Assembly (NCBI GenBank): GCA_937976095.1
Contig: CALJSV010000153.1
Coordinates: 1-25,119 of the forward strand
Length of the DNA: 25,119 nt
Direction: 5' to 3'
DNA from: an uncultured Clostridia bacterium
GTDB lineage: Bacteria; Bacillota; Clostridia; Lutisporales; Lutisporaceae
Every line of letters starts with the position of its first letter. Positions within the stretch are counted from its first letter, which is position 1. The translations under genes were made by a program, and so were the position numbers. The notes under the pieces were generated by a model. The model saw only the letters and a program-made list of their open reading frames with translations. It was not told where the DNA came from and did no database searches. Shown here in pieces: positions 1-8,816 of the stretch.

Positions 1-23
1 TTTCGATTAAAGGAGAAGTTGAG

Positions 24-500
24 ATGAATTACAGGATTGAAAAAAAAGAAGCCTTTCGGATTGTCGGAGCAAAGAGGCATTTTGACTTGAATGTAGAAGA
101 AAATTTTGTACAGGTGCCGCAGTTCTGGGGAGAAACCTTGCAAAACGGTATGATTGTGGAAATTGGGAAGTTATCAAATCGAGAACCTTTTGGGGTCTTA
201 GGTGTAAGCACATGTATGAATGGCAAAGATTTTGACTACTATATTGCTTCAGCTACTGACAAGCCGCTTCCTGAGAACATGCACGAGTACGTGATTCCGG
301 AAACCGCCTGGGCAATATTTGAATGTATTGGGACAATGCCTTATGCTATGCAAGAGCTTCAAAAGAGGATAATAACTGAGTGGCTGCCGACATCAGGCTT
401 CGAATATGTTGATGCACCAGATATTGAGGTTTATCCTGATGGTGATATAAGCTCGCCAAACTATAAGTGTGAAGTTTGGCTGCCAATTATTAAGAAATAG
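24..500 (+). CDS. GyrI-like / AraC-type effector-binding domain protein (small-molecule binding)
   Basis: 158-aa ORF. RBS AAAGGAGAAG sits 6 nt before the ATG. Composition and length are typical of GyrI/SbmC-like effector-binding proteins. The stop is 17 bp before the next gene, so the two are probably co-transcribed. Confidence 0.55.
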   Translation: MNYRIEKKEAFRIVGAKRHFDLNVEENFVQVPQFWGETLQNGMIVEIGKLSNREPFGVLGVSTCMNGKDFDYYIASATDKPLPENMHEYVIPETAWAIFECIGTMPYAMQELQKRIITEWLPTSGFEYVDAPDIEVYPDGDISSPNYKCEVWLPIIKK

Positions 501-517
501 GAAAATGAGGTTTCTCT

Positions 518-1375
518 ATGAGATATACAGAAATAAGTTGTGAATCTGCAATAAATCAGCTTAAAAGGCGTATGCCGTATAGCTGGGATTTAAATATTTA
601 TAGGGGCTGTGAGCATGGCTGCAAGTATTGTTATGCAATGTACTCCCATGATTATCTCGGTTCTGAAAATTATTTCGGCAATATCTTTGTTAAAACCAAT
701 ATTGTAGAGCAGCTTGAAAAGCAGCTTAGTAATCCAAAATGGAAACGGGAGGTCGTAAATATTGGGGGTGTTACTGACAGCTATCAGCCTGCTGAGGAGC
801 AATACAAGTTAATGCCGGACATTCTAAAGCTGCTGATTAAATACAGAACTCCAGCCATTATATCTACAAAATCAGATCTAATATTAAGAGATTATGATTT
901 GATTGATGAGTTATCAAAAATTACTTACATTAATGTTGCAGCAACCATTACAACTATGGATGAAAATGTAAGGAAGCTAATTGAACCTGGTGGAGTGGAA
1001 TCTGCTAAACGCTTCAATATGCTGAAAACATTCAGAAGGTCAAACGCCTCTGTAGGACTGCATGTAATGCCTATCATTCCTTGCCTGACAGATAGCTTTG
1101 AGAATTTTGATATGCTTTTTGGTATGGCTCAAGACAGTAATGTTCATTATGTTTTGCCCGGAACATTGTACCTGAGGGGGAAAACAAGGAATGTATTTTT
1201 TGAGTTTATAAAAAAGGAGCTTCCTCATCTATACAATGATTTAGCAGTACTTTATAAGACTGGTGGAGCAGACAAGGAATATAAGAACTCCTTATATAAG
1301 ATGGTCAACGAGCTACGGGAAAAATACAAGCTTTCAAGCAGTTATACAAAACCAATGAAGGAAAAGCTGGAATGA
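518..1375 (+). CDS. Radical SAM enzyme, spore-photoproduct-lyase (SPL)/DNA photolyase-like family
   Basis: CxxxCxxC motif (CEHGCKYC) lies ~30 aa from the N-terminus. Downstream segments IISTKSDLILRDYDL are shared with the paralogue at 2823-3710. The N-termini also align (MRYTEISCESAINQ vs MHYKEAKSILSANN). Confidence 0.75.
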   Translation: MRYTEISCESAINQLKRRMPYSWDLNIYRGCEHGCKYCYAMYSHDYLGSENYFGNIFVKTNIVEQLEKQLSNPKWKREVVNIGGVTDSYQPAEEQYKLMPDILKLLIKYRTPAIISTKSDLILRDYDLIDELSKITYINVAATITTMDENVRKLIEPGGVESAKRFNMLKTFRRSNASVGLHVMPIIPCLTDSFENFDMLFGMAQDSNVHYVLPGTLYLRGKTRNVFFEFIKKELPHLYNDLAVLYKTGGADKEYKNSLYKMVNELREKYKLSSSYTKPMKEKLE

Positions 1376-1410
1376 AGTAGGCATATGGTTTTACTTTGCC
1401 ATAAATAGCT

Positions 1411-1453
1411 TGAAACAAGCGATTCCCAGCAGCTTTAGGGTTCGCTTGTTTCA
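1411..1453. terminator. Hairpin between convergent genes (putative bidirectional terminator)
   Basis: tgaaacaagcga...tcgcttgtttca form a 12-bp perfect stem with a 19-nt loop. Flanking T-runs are weak. Confidence 0.35.
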
Positions 1454-1492
1454 CTTTGTGAGCATATATTTACTAAAATTGTGGACAAAAGA

Positions 1493-2566
1493 TTAGATAT
1501 CTCGTATCTCATACTCAAAGGGTTCTTCGCATGAGTAAATTTCATGGAAAAATCCTTTGTATGGGATATCGTCTTCAAGGCATTTTATGCAATAGGATAG
1601 CTCCTCATCGCACTCTGGTTTTTCACCATTGTTCTGCATCACCTCAAATGCATCAATAATATTTTCCATGAGAGTTACTTTTATAAACAAAGGCAATTTA
1701 TCCAACATGGAGCTTTCGACACTTGTCTCGGATCTGTATCCCGTCAGAACTGTTGCAAAATAATCATCCATGAACTTTTTACGTTTTGTGGCGTCTTCTT
1801 CAAATTGTATCCAACCTACTCCCTGTGTCCAAAGCGCTGCAAGGTCATACATATACCAACCGAAACATGAATTATCAAAATCATATACAGTTATTTGGCC
1901 GGTATCAAAATCTATGTTATAGTTTCCATCATTGTAGTCAAAGTGGATCATGCCGAAGGACTCGCGGTCGATGTCTAAGCTCTCTAAGGCTTTAAGAAGC
2001 TCTAACAGCTTCTGCTTAAGCAGAGATAACGAGTTGGGTATAACTTTATCGATATATTCGGCATTGTATTTATCAAAAAAACTGTACCGGCGTTGGACAG
2101 GAGTAAATTCTTTCGACAATTGGTGTATTTTGCCCAGGACTTTACCGCAATTATAATAATATTCGGTAATGGGAACTCCTCCTCTATACCTGTAATTATT
2201 TTCTACAAGCTTTTTACCCTTTGCCTTTTCAAAAAGGCAGATAAAAAAGGTGTGATTGTTATGGATTATCTCCTCCAGCAGATTTTCTTTCAGGGAGCTT
2301 ACTACATTGGAGACACTTCCGCCACGCTCGAATAAATACCTGATATACTCAACTTCACCCAGAAAATCTTCCCGGTTTCTGTCTTTTAAAAAGGCAATTC
2401 TGAGTATTTTAGGGTCGGCACTCCCCTTCTCACAGGTATAAACAACATTACGCCCTCCAGTATGTGCCTTAACTAGCTTGAACTCATAGCCTTCCAAGCC
2501 ATACAGCTTTGATACTAATGGAAGTAAATATGTCTCACTGAAATTAACAACCTCGTTATAAGTCAT
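1493..2566 (-). CDS. Phosphotransferase-family kinase (APH/choline-kinase/CotS-like fold)
   Basis: The long ORF contains an HFDYNDGN segment (Brenner-type HxDxxxxN kinase motif) and a downstream DFD. I place the start at internal Met 18 (MTYNEV...), because the strong RBS GAAAGGAGATAAT immediately precedes it. The upstream Met at 2617 has no RBS. Confidence 0.6.
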   Translation of the reverse strand: MTYNEVVNFSETYLLPLVSKLYGLEGYEFKLVKAHTGGRNVVYTCEKGSADPKILRIAFLKDRNREDFLGEVEYIRYLFERGGSVSNVVSSLKENLLEEIIHNNHTFFICLFEKAKGKKLVENNYRYRGGVPITEYYYNCGKVLGKIHQLSKEFTPVQRRYSFFDKYNAEYIDKVIPNSLSLLKQKLLELLKALESLDIDRESFGMIHFDYNDGNYNIDFDTGQITVYDFDNSCFGWYMYDLAALWTQGVGWIQFEEDATKRKKFMDDYFATVLTGYRSETSVESSMLDKLPLFIKVTLMENIIDAFEVMQNNGEKPECDEELSYCIKCLEDDIPYKGFFHEIYSCEEPFEYEIRDI

Positions 2567-2822
2567 ATTATCTCCTTTCGATCCCGCAGAACTATTCATA
2601 CATATGCTAAATTTCATTCAGCAACTTCTGTTTTTAATATTCTTATTATATCATCATCTTTACTAAGACTATTAGAGCAAGAAAAGTTATAATTAATTAT
2701 TCCATATATGGTGTTTTTTTAAGAGGTGAATCAAATATGACTATTAGTTGTCATATTTAGTGCGATATAATTATATTGGTGATGATATTGAAAATCTAAA
2801 AAAAGCAGTGAGGAAGGGTTAT

Positions 2823-3710
2823 ATGCATTACAAAGAGGCAAAGTCAATTTTATCAGCTAATAATGGAATGAATATATATCGCGGCTGCACCCATGGCTGT
2901 ATTTATTGTGACAGCAGAAGCAAATGCTACAATATGGAACATGATTTTGAGGATATTCAGGTTAAGATAAACGCTCCTGAGCTCTTGGAAAATGCCCTGA
3001 GGAGAAAACGTAAAAAGTGTATGATTGGAACAGGCGCCATGTGCGATCCATACATGCATATTGAAGTTGAGCTGGGGCATACGCGGAAGTGTCTTGAAAT
3101 AGTTGACAGGTACGGGTTTGGGCTAAGTATTCAAACAAAATCCGATAGAATATTAAGGGATTTGGACTTGTTAAAAAGTATTAACAGCAAATCCAAGTGC
3201 GTTGTTCAGATGACTTTAACAACCTATGATGAGGATCTTTGTGAAATAATTGAGCCAAAGGTTAGTACTACAAGAGAACGTTATGAAGCACTGAAGATAA
3301 TGAGGGACAACGGGATTCCCACTGTAGTATGGCTAGACCCGATTTTACCCCTTATAAATGATACTGAAGAAAATTTAAAAGGCATACTGGGTTATTGCAT
3401 TGATGCTAAAGTATTGGGGATAATTTGTTTTGGAATGGGGTTAACTTTAAGGGAAGGCAACAGAGAATATTTTTATGAGAAGCTTGATGCTCATTTTCCT
3501 GGGCTAAAGAAAACATATCATAAAAAATATGGCTATAGCTATGAACTGAAAAGTGATAACAACGAAAAACTATGGGAGATTTTTCATGACACATGTGAAA
3601 AGAGAGGCATAGTTCATAATAATGGAGAAATATTTAAATATCTTCACACATACGAAGAAGCTGTAGCAACAGAACAAACTACGATGTTTGAGCTTTTTAA
3701 AATTGAATGA
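2823..3710 (+). CDS. Radical SAM enzyme, SPL/DNA photolyase-like family (paralogue of 518-1375)
   Basis: CTHGCIYC motif plus the shared QTKSDRILRDLDL segment. The start is set at the ATG (MHYKEAKSIL) preceded by RBS GTGAGGAAGGG. The upstream TTG at 2748 used by the ORF track has no RBS. Confidence 0.7.
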   Translation: MHYKEAKSILSANNGMNIYRGCTHGCIYCDSRSKCYNMEHDFEDIQVKINAPELLENALRRKRKKCMIGTGAMCDPYMHIEVELGHTRKCLEIVDRYGFGLSIQTKSDRILRDLDLLKSINSKSKCVVQMTLTTYDEDLCEIIEPKVSTTRERYEALKIMRDNGIPTVVWLDPILPLINDTEENLKGILGYCIDAKVLGIICFGMGLTLREGNREYFYEKLDAHFPGLKKTYHKKYGYSYELKSDNNEKLWEIFHDTCEKRGIVHNNGEIFKYLHTYEEAVATEQTTMFELFKIE

Positions 3711-3767
3711 AAGTAATATCCATGTGAGCTGTGGTCCATGGTCTTGCTTCCATCGCTACCATGAAGA

Positions 3768-4979
3768 ATGTTCACTATAGTAAAGAGTGGGGGAAGAAGA
3801 TTGAAGATATTATCTGGAGTAAATAAAGGTGTAAGGCTACTATCTAGAAAAAATTTTGTAAGATGGTTGGTGAGAGCAATGATAATTATTCTTCTGGGTT
3901 TACTTGTGAGTTTATTAATCATCACAGGGGTATTTCTTGCTTATAGCCCGGGAAAACTTCAACCTTTCCTTGATAAAGACGGAAAGGAGCTGAAGGGCAG
4001 CATATCTGAAAAGGTTTTTGTTAATATTGGCGGTGTAAAGCAAGGGATGTTTATCAGAGGTAAGGATATCAGAAACCCTGTTCTGCTTTTCGTTCATGGA
4101 GGCCCATGTTTCTCTGAGTATTTCCTTGTTGATAAATATCCAACGGGGCTTGAGGATGACTTTACTGTTTGTTACTGGGAGGAGAGGGGCGGAGGCCTTT
4201 CTTACAGCTCTGATGTTCCGCTTGAAAGTATGACTTTGGAACAGCTAGCATATGATACGATTGAAGTGACGAATTATCTGCGCAAACGTTTTGGGCAGGA
4301 TAAGATATATCTGGCGGCACACTCTGGAGGAACAATTTTCGGTATCCAGGTTGCAGCTAAAGCGCCCCAATTGTACCATGCATATATTGGTATTGCTCAG
4401 ATTACAAAGCCGATAGAGTCGGAAAAGATAGCGTATAAGTACTTGAGGGAGCAATATAGTGGAGCGGGAAATAAAAAAATGGTTGAAAAGTTAAACCAAT
4501 ATCCAGTTTTAGAAGACGATGCATATGGTATTATGTTTTTTAAATCGCTAGTTCGTGATCAGGCAATGCATGAGCTTGGTGTAGGTACAATGCGTAACAT
4601 GAAGTCCATTGAGAAGGATGTAGTTTTGTCTGTCATGCTGTGCAAGGCTTATACGCTAAAGGAAAAAATAAACCTATGGAAGTCAAAATTTTCATTTATA
4701 AAAAGGACAGAACTGACAGACCAGGTTTTTGCCTCTGATTTAACAACTCAAGTAAGAAAACTTGAAATACCGGTCTATTTTTTTAGTGGTGCGTATGATT
4801 TAACAGTAAACTATGACTTATCAAAATCTTATTTAAATCAATTAGAAGCACCTGTTAAAGGGTTTTATACCTTTGAAGACTCTGCTCATAGTCCAAATTA
4901 CGAAGAACCTAAAAAAATGATGGATATTATTAGGAAGGATGTTATTGCGGGAGAAAACAAGCTTGCCGATAAAGAGTGA
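3768..4979 (+). CDS. Alpha/beta hydrolase, proline-iminopeptidase (S33)-like, N-terminally membrane anchored
   Basis: Contains FVHGGPCFS and LAAHSGGTIFG (nucleophile elbow GxSxG). A hydrophobic N-terminal helix (MIIILLGLLVSLLIITGVFLAY) follows basic residues. An alternative TTG start at 3801 has the better RBS (GAGTGGGGG). Confidence 0.6.
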   Translation: MFTIVKSGGRRLKILSGVNKGVRLLSRKNFVRWLVRAMIIILLGLLVSLLIITGVFLAYSPGKLQPFLDKDGKELKGSISEKVFVNIGGVKQGMFIRGKDIRNPVLLFVHGGPCFSEYFLVDKYPTGLEDDFTVCYWEERGGGLSYSSDVPLESMTLEQLAYDTIEVTNYLRKRFGQDKIYLAAHSGGTIFGIQVAAKAPQLYHAYIGIAQITKPIESEKIAYKYLREQYSGAGNKKMVEKLNQYPVLEDDAYGIMFFKSLVRDQAMHELGVGTMRNMKSIEKDVVLSVMLCKAYTLKEKINLWKSKFSFIKRTELTDQVFASDLTTQVRKLEIPVYFFSGAYDLTVNYDLSKSYLNQLEAPVKGFYTFEDSAHSPNYEEPKKMMDIIRKDVIAGENKLADKE

Positions 4980-4985
4980 TGAAGC

Positions 4986-5045
4986 TATCCCCTCAATATT
5001 TCACTTATAGAATTCCTAACGGACACTTATACGCTATAGTTTTGT
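4986..5045 (-). pseudogene. Relic of the 3' end of an FAD-oxidoreductase gene (paralogous copy of the C-terminus of the 6614-7819 gene)
   Basis: About 46 of 55 nt are identical to 6615-6669. The reverse complement translates to VSVRNSISEILRG*, compared with the VSVKNSVIEILRG* C-terminus of the intact minus-strand gene at 6614. An in-frame stop lies immediately upstream of the relic. Confidence 0.45.
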
Positions 5046-5046
5046 A

Positions 5047-5076
5047 GTTGACTAAAGGCAAAAACTATCATATAAT
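5047..5076 (+). promoter_or_regulatory. Sigma-A type promoter TTGACT-18-TATAAT for the TetR/hydrolase cassette
   Basis: TTGACT at 5047-5052 and TATAAT at 5071-5076 are separated by an 18-bp spacer. Confidence 0.55.
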
Positions 5077-5084
5077 TAATACAA

Positions 5085-5134
5085 GTGACCATATGGTCAC
5101 TAGTATTTTAAAATTGTAATGACCATATGGTCAC
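5085..5134. promoter_or_regulatory. Two palindromic operator sites (GTGACCATATGGTCAC and aTGACCATATGGTCAC), putative TetR binding sites
   Basis: A perfect 16-bp palindrome lies at 5085-5100. A 15/16 copy lies at 5119-5134. Both sit between the -10 element and the RBS of the TetR gene. Confidence 0.6.
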
Positions 5135-5146
5135 GGAGGTGGTTTT

Positions 5147-5767
5147 CTGCCAAAGAGATTATTTTTTGAACTTGATATAGAAAAAAGAAATAGTATTTTT
5201 GATGCTGGGTTAAAGGAATTTGCAGAGCAAAGCTATAATGAGGCTTCAACTAATAATATTGTTAAAGCTGCGGGTATAAGTAAAGGAAGTTTATTTAAGT
5301 ATTTTAATAATAAAGAGGATTTGTACTTTTATACTCTGGACTCTGTTTTAGCCGACTTAGTGGAGGAAATCAAGGATTATATTTCAAGTCTTAAAGGAGA
5401 TATATTTGAAATAATTATTCGCTATTCTGAGGTTGAGTTTAATTGGCATATAAATAATCCAGATAAGTATAGGCTGATTAAAAGGGCGTTTACTGATAAC
5501 AGCTCATCTATTTATCAAAATACTATATATAGGTATAAAGCATCAGGGGATTCTATGTATTATAACTTACTGAAGGATATTGACACAGAAAGATTGAAAT
5601 GGGGGAAGGACAAGACAATTAATATTATAAAATGGGCTATTGAGGGCTTTAATAATGAGTTTAATAAAAAGACTGACACATATACTGATATAAGCGTTAT
5701 GAAATATGCTTATATAAAGGAGCTTAAGGAGTATATGGAAATTATAAAAGAAGGAATATATGAATAA
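5147..5767 (+). CDS. TetR/AcrR-family transcriptional regulator (apparent CTG start)
   Basis: The in-frame translation upstream of the TTG-annotated ORF reads (M)PKRLFFELDIEKRNSIFDAGLKEFAEQSYNEASTNNIVKAAGISKGSLFKYF. This is a canonical TetR HTH N-terminus. The frame opens after a TGA at 5120. The only start-like codon after the RBS GGAGGTGG is CTG at 5147, at a spacing of 6 nt. Confidence 0.65.
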   Translation: MPKRLFFELDIEKRNSIFDAGLKEFAEQSYNEASTNNIVKAAGISKGSLFKYFNNKEDLYFYTLDSVLADLVEEIKDYISSLKGDIFEIIIRYSEVEFNWHINNPDKYRLIKRAFTDNSSSIYQNTIYRYKASGDSMYYNLLKDIDTERLKWGKDKTINIIKWAIEGFNNEFNKKTDTYTDISVMKYAYIKELKEYMEIIKEGIYE

Positions 5768-5781
5768 TTGGAGGTGCTATT

Positions 5782-6588
5782 ATGTTTTATGGTGCAAAGG
5801 GTGGTAATGTAAAAATCGGGAATACAGATATGGACTACGTTTCCTTTGGAAGAGGAAAAAAAACCTTAGTTATTATCCCAGGTCTCTCAGATGGTTTAAA
5901 AACAGTTAAGGGGCTAGCAATAACTCTTGCTATTATGTATAAAGCTTATGCTAAGGATTATAAGGTTTTTGTTTTTAGTCGGAAAAATCAAATGGAAGAA
6001 GGATATTCAACTAAGGATATGGCTATGGATTTGAAAATGGCAATGGATAAGTTAAATATTGAAAATGCACATGTAATGGGTATATCCCAAGGGGGGATGA
6101 TTTCCCAATGCCTTGCAATTGATTATCCGGAAAAAGTTGATAAGCTTATTATTGGAGTTTCTATTTCAAGGCAGAACAAAACCATACAAGATGCGGTAAG
6201 TAATTGGATAGCTTTGGCCGTTAATAATGATTATAAGGGACTGGTTATAGACAAAATTGAAAAGACATATTCAGAGAATAAAGCTAAAACATATAGACCG
6301 TTTTATACTATACTATCTAAGATAGGCAAGCCAAAATCCTTTACTAGGTTTATAGTTCAAGCAAGGGCATGTCTAAATCATAATGCCTATGAGGAGCTTA
6401 ATAAAATAAAGAGCCCTACACTTATTATAGGAGGGGATAGCGACTTAGTTGTTGGAAAAAATACAAGCGAAGAGATGGCAGAAAAAATAGCTCATAGTAA
6501 GCTAATTACATATAAAGGCCTTGGACATGGAGCCTTTGAGGAGGCGAAGGATTTTAATCAACAGATACTTAATTTTTTAAAGGCTTAG
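5782..6588 (+). CDS. Alpha/beta hydrolase fold protein
   Basis: Contains HVMGISQGG (GxSxG), downstream GGDSD, and GLGHGAF (catalytic His region). RBS is GGAGGTG. The start lies 14 bp after the TetR stop, so the two are operonic. Confidence 0.7.
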   Translation: MFYGAKGGNVKIGNTDMDYVSFGRGKKTLVIIPGLSDGLKTVKGLAITLAIMYKAYAKDYKVFVFSRKNQMEEGYSTKDMAMDLKMAMDKLNIENAHVMGISQGGMISQCLAIDYPEKVDKLIIGVSISRQNKTIQDAVSNWIALAVNNDYKGLVIDKIEKTYSENKAKTYRPFYTILSKIGKPKSFTRFIVQARACLNHNAYEELNKIKSPTLIIGGDSDLVVGKNTSEEMAEKIAHSKLITYKGLGHGAFEEAKDFNQQILNFLKA

Positions 6589-6613
6589 TGTCAAAGGTTT
6601 GGAGAGTGTGAAA

Positions 6614-7819
6614 TTATCCCCTCAATATTTCGATTACAGAATTCTTAACTGACACATATAAGTTAGCTATTGAAGGCTCAGATATTAACGAGCCGATTAG
6701 ACAAATGTTACTTGAACTTTGTCTTTCAATTATGTCCTGATAAAAGCTTTGCGTCAGGTTATGCTCCTTTAAATGAGGGAATATGTACCACTGCTTTGCT
6801 GTTATCAAATGCTCAACATGGATTCCGGATCTTTCTATATCATCAGTTATTCCATTGATCAGATCCTTTTGGACGTTCCCATATGCATAGGCCACAAGAA
6901 TGGTACGGTTATTGTGCTTAAAGGTATGGAAAAACTGTATTTTACCTTTTTGCCATAAATGAGCTTTATAATAGGTTGTTACTAGGTTTTTGCTGCTTAC
7001 TTCATATGCACAAGTGATGAATGGATTGGTATCAATTTTCTTCATTAGTTGATTGCATAAATCGTCTTTGATGACATCTCTCGGCAGCTTGGTTGTAATA
7101 AGCACCTTGTCATAATAGTCGGAACCAAAGGCGGTTTCGACTTTCACTTTGTTACCCATAACTTCAATATTGTGAACCTCAATAGAATATCTTATATCCG
7201 ATATGTTTTGACTAAGCTTATTTATTAACTCTGAGGTGCCTTTGTTAATGAACAAAAGCTTATCTCCTCGTATAAAAGACAATATGGTGTCCACATTAAA
7301 GACCTTAAGTGCGTAGAAGGCCTGAGTACTATATATATCTCCAAAGCCATAGGAGGAAAGGTGAGGTGCAATAACCTGGTTGATGATATTCAGGTCATGC
7401 TTTCTGAGAAAGTCATACAACGGAACCAGTAAGTCTTCATGAATATATCCGTAATTAACAGTATTAATTGATGCAGAATATTTCCCCAAAAGCATCTTAA
7501 GCTTAGCCAGCTCATCCATTAGTAAAACCACATCTTCCCTTGACATATGCTCTACATTATTAAAATTTTCATCAACAAAGTTTCTGTAGGTAAATCTCTC
7601 AGTATAGTCAAGTCGCAGCTCTATCAGCAGCTCTTTAATCTGCTTTGTAAATGCGAAAACTGTGCCAAGCTCAGCAAATAAGTCTTTACTTGCAAATGTT
7701 CTGCAATGACCCCCTATATGCTCCTGCTTTTCATAAACAGTGACGTCTATTCCTTCTTTTTCTAGTAAGTATGCCGCGAGCATACCACTGAAACCCGCTC
7801 CAATAATAGCTATTCTCAT
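6614..7819 (-). CDS. FAD/NAD(P)-binding oxidoreductase (amine-oxidase/protoporphyrinogen-oxidase-like superfamily)
   Basis: N-terminal Rossmann motif IAIIGAGFSGMLAAYLLEKEGIDVTVYEKQEHIGGHC. The start is set at MRIAIIGAG, preceded by RBS AAAGGGGATTTT. Confidence 0.65.
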   Translation of the reverse strand: MRIAIIGAGFSGMLAAYLLEKEGIDVTVYEKQEHIGGHCRTFASKDLFAELGTVFAFTKQIKELLIELRLDYTERFTYRNFVDENFNNVEHMSREDVVLLMDELAKLKMLLGKYSASINTVNYGYIHEDLLVPLYDFLRKHDLNIINQVIAPHLSSYGFGDIYSTQAFYALKVFNVDTILSFIRGDKLLFINKGTSELINKLSQNISDIRYSIEVHNIEVMGNKVKVETAFGSDYYDKVLITTKLPRDVIKDDLCNQLMKKIDTNPFITCAYEVSSKNLVTTYYKAHLWQKGKIQFFHTFKHNNRTILVAYAYGNVQKDLINGITDDIERSGIHVEHLITAKQWYIFPHLKEHNLTQSFYQDIIERQSSSNICLIGSLISEPSIANLYVSVKNSVIEILRG

Positions 7820-7829
7820 AAAATCCCCT

Positions 7830-8816
7830 TTAATACTGCCTGTCAATATATGCCCATAAGGGCAGGATAAGGCGGCTATTTGTTAATTTATTATGATACT
7901 CAATAGGAGAACATACCTCATCCTCAAATGCTGTCTTATGGCTTATGTTGTATGCTCTAATGTACTTCTGAAGCTGAATTCTCAGATCATTGAAGGAAAT
8001 ACCTTCATGGATCAGAGGTATTAGAAATGATAGGCAGCCTTCTGTATATTGCTTTCTTAATTCGTCAATCATCGCCATGCTATCATCTGATTTAAGTATA
8101 TGTATTTTTACATCAAGTCCGTTATCTTGAGCTATTTTGCTAACTCTTGAGTTCAAGCTGCTTCTGGTTTGCTTAATGATTTTTAAATCATGGAAAAAGC
8201 AGAAGTACTTAACGTGCAAGCTTAGTGTTTGAGCCACCGGTATAGCTACAGCAGTTAATAAATCTTCAAAATTCTCAAATGATATATCGTGATACAGCCT
8301 TGTGCATGCTATTCTGCTTCTAAAATCAAATAAGGTATACTCATAAATGTTGCCTTGGGTTTGAAAATCCCCATAATAAGTTATCCAAAATATCCAGCAT
8401 TCTCCGCTGTTTAGTTCACTTATAGGAGGGAGCTGACTTGGGGGATTGTTTTCCTTCTTTTTTATAAATCTGACCCTGCTTTCTTTATTGGTAAGGTGGT
8501 GTCTTTTCATAACATTAAAGACAGCTGACTCACTTATGTTATATCCGATTTCTTCCAAAAGATATTTAATAGCCTTTGGTCCATAGCTGGGATATGCTTT
8601 CAATAGACTTAGCAATGCGTTTTCTATCTCATTGCTTGTTTTATTGACAGGAACAAAATCCTTCTTAACATCATCAAGACCTTCGATCCCCTGAGTTTTA
8701 TATCTTTTTAACCAACGATAATAAAGTGTCCTGGAAATGTTATATTTTCGGCAAGTTGTGCTTATGCCGTTTATTTGTCCTTCACTTATAATATTAAATT
8801 TAAGGTTTTTGTGCAT
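7830..8816 (-). CDS. Transposase-like protein: N-terminal HTH plus degenerate rve/integrase-core domain (IS481/IS3-like), probably domesticated
   Basis: The HTH segment is ISRTLYYRWLKRYKTQGIEGL. The core segment GECWIFWITYYG...LFDFRSRIACTRLY...YHDISFENF matches the integrase-core pattern, but the first catalytic Asp is replaced (W-I-T-Y rather than T-D-I-T). No inverted repeats are visible, and the gene abuts the oxidoreductase start. The start codon is uncertain (8816, 8828 or 8840). Confidence 0.45.
   Translation of the reverse strand: MHKNLKFNIISEGQINGISTTCRKYNISRTLYYRWLKRYKTQGIEGLDDVKKDFVPVNKTSNEIENALLSLLKAYPSYGPKAIKYLLEEIGYNISESAVFNVMKRHHLTNKESRVRFIKKKENNPPSQLPPISELNSGECWIFWITYYGDFQTQGNIYEYTLFDFRSRIACTRLYHDISFENFEDLLTAVAIPVAQTLSLHVKYFCFFHDLKIIKQTRSSLNSRVSKIAQDNGLDVKIHILKSDDSMAMIDELRKQYTEGCLSFLIPLIHEGISFNDLRIQLQKYIRAYNISHKTAFEDEVCSPIEYHNKLTNSRLILPLWAYIDRQY

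Noticed and set aside
2748-2822. TTG start at 2748 for the second radical SAM gene
   Set aside because: No RBS at appropriate spacing. The paralogue alignment and a strong RBS support ATG 2823.
3768-6588. Possibility that the two alpha/beta-hydrolase genes are duplicates explaining the flanking repeats
   Set aside because: The two hydrolases differ in length (403 vs 268 aa) and share no obvious sequence similarity. The repeat instead matches the 3' end of the convergent oxidoreductase gene.
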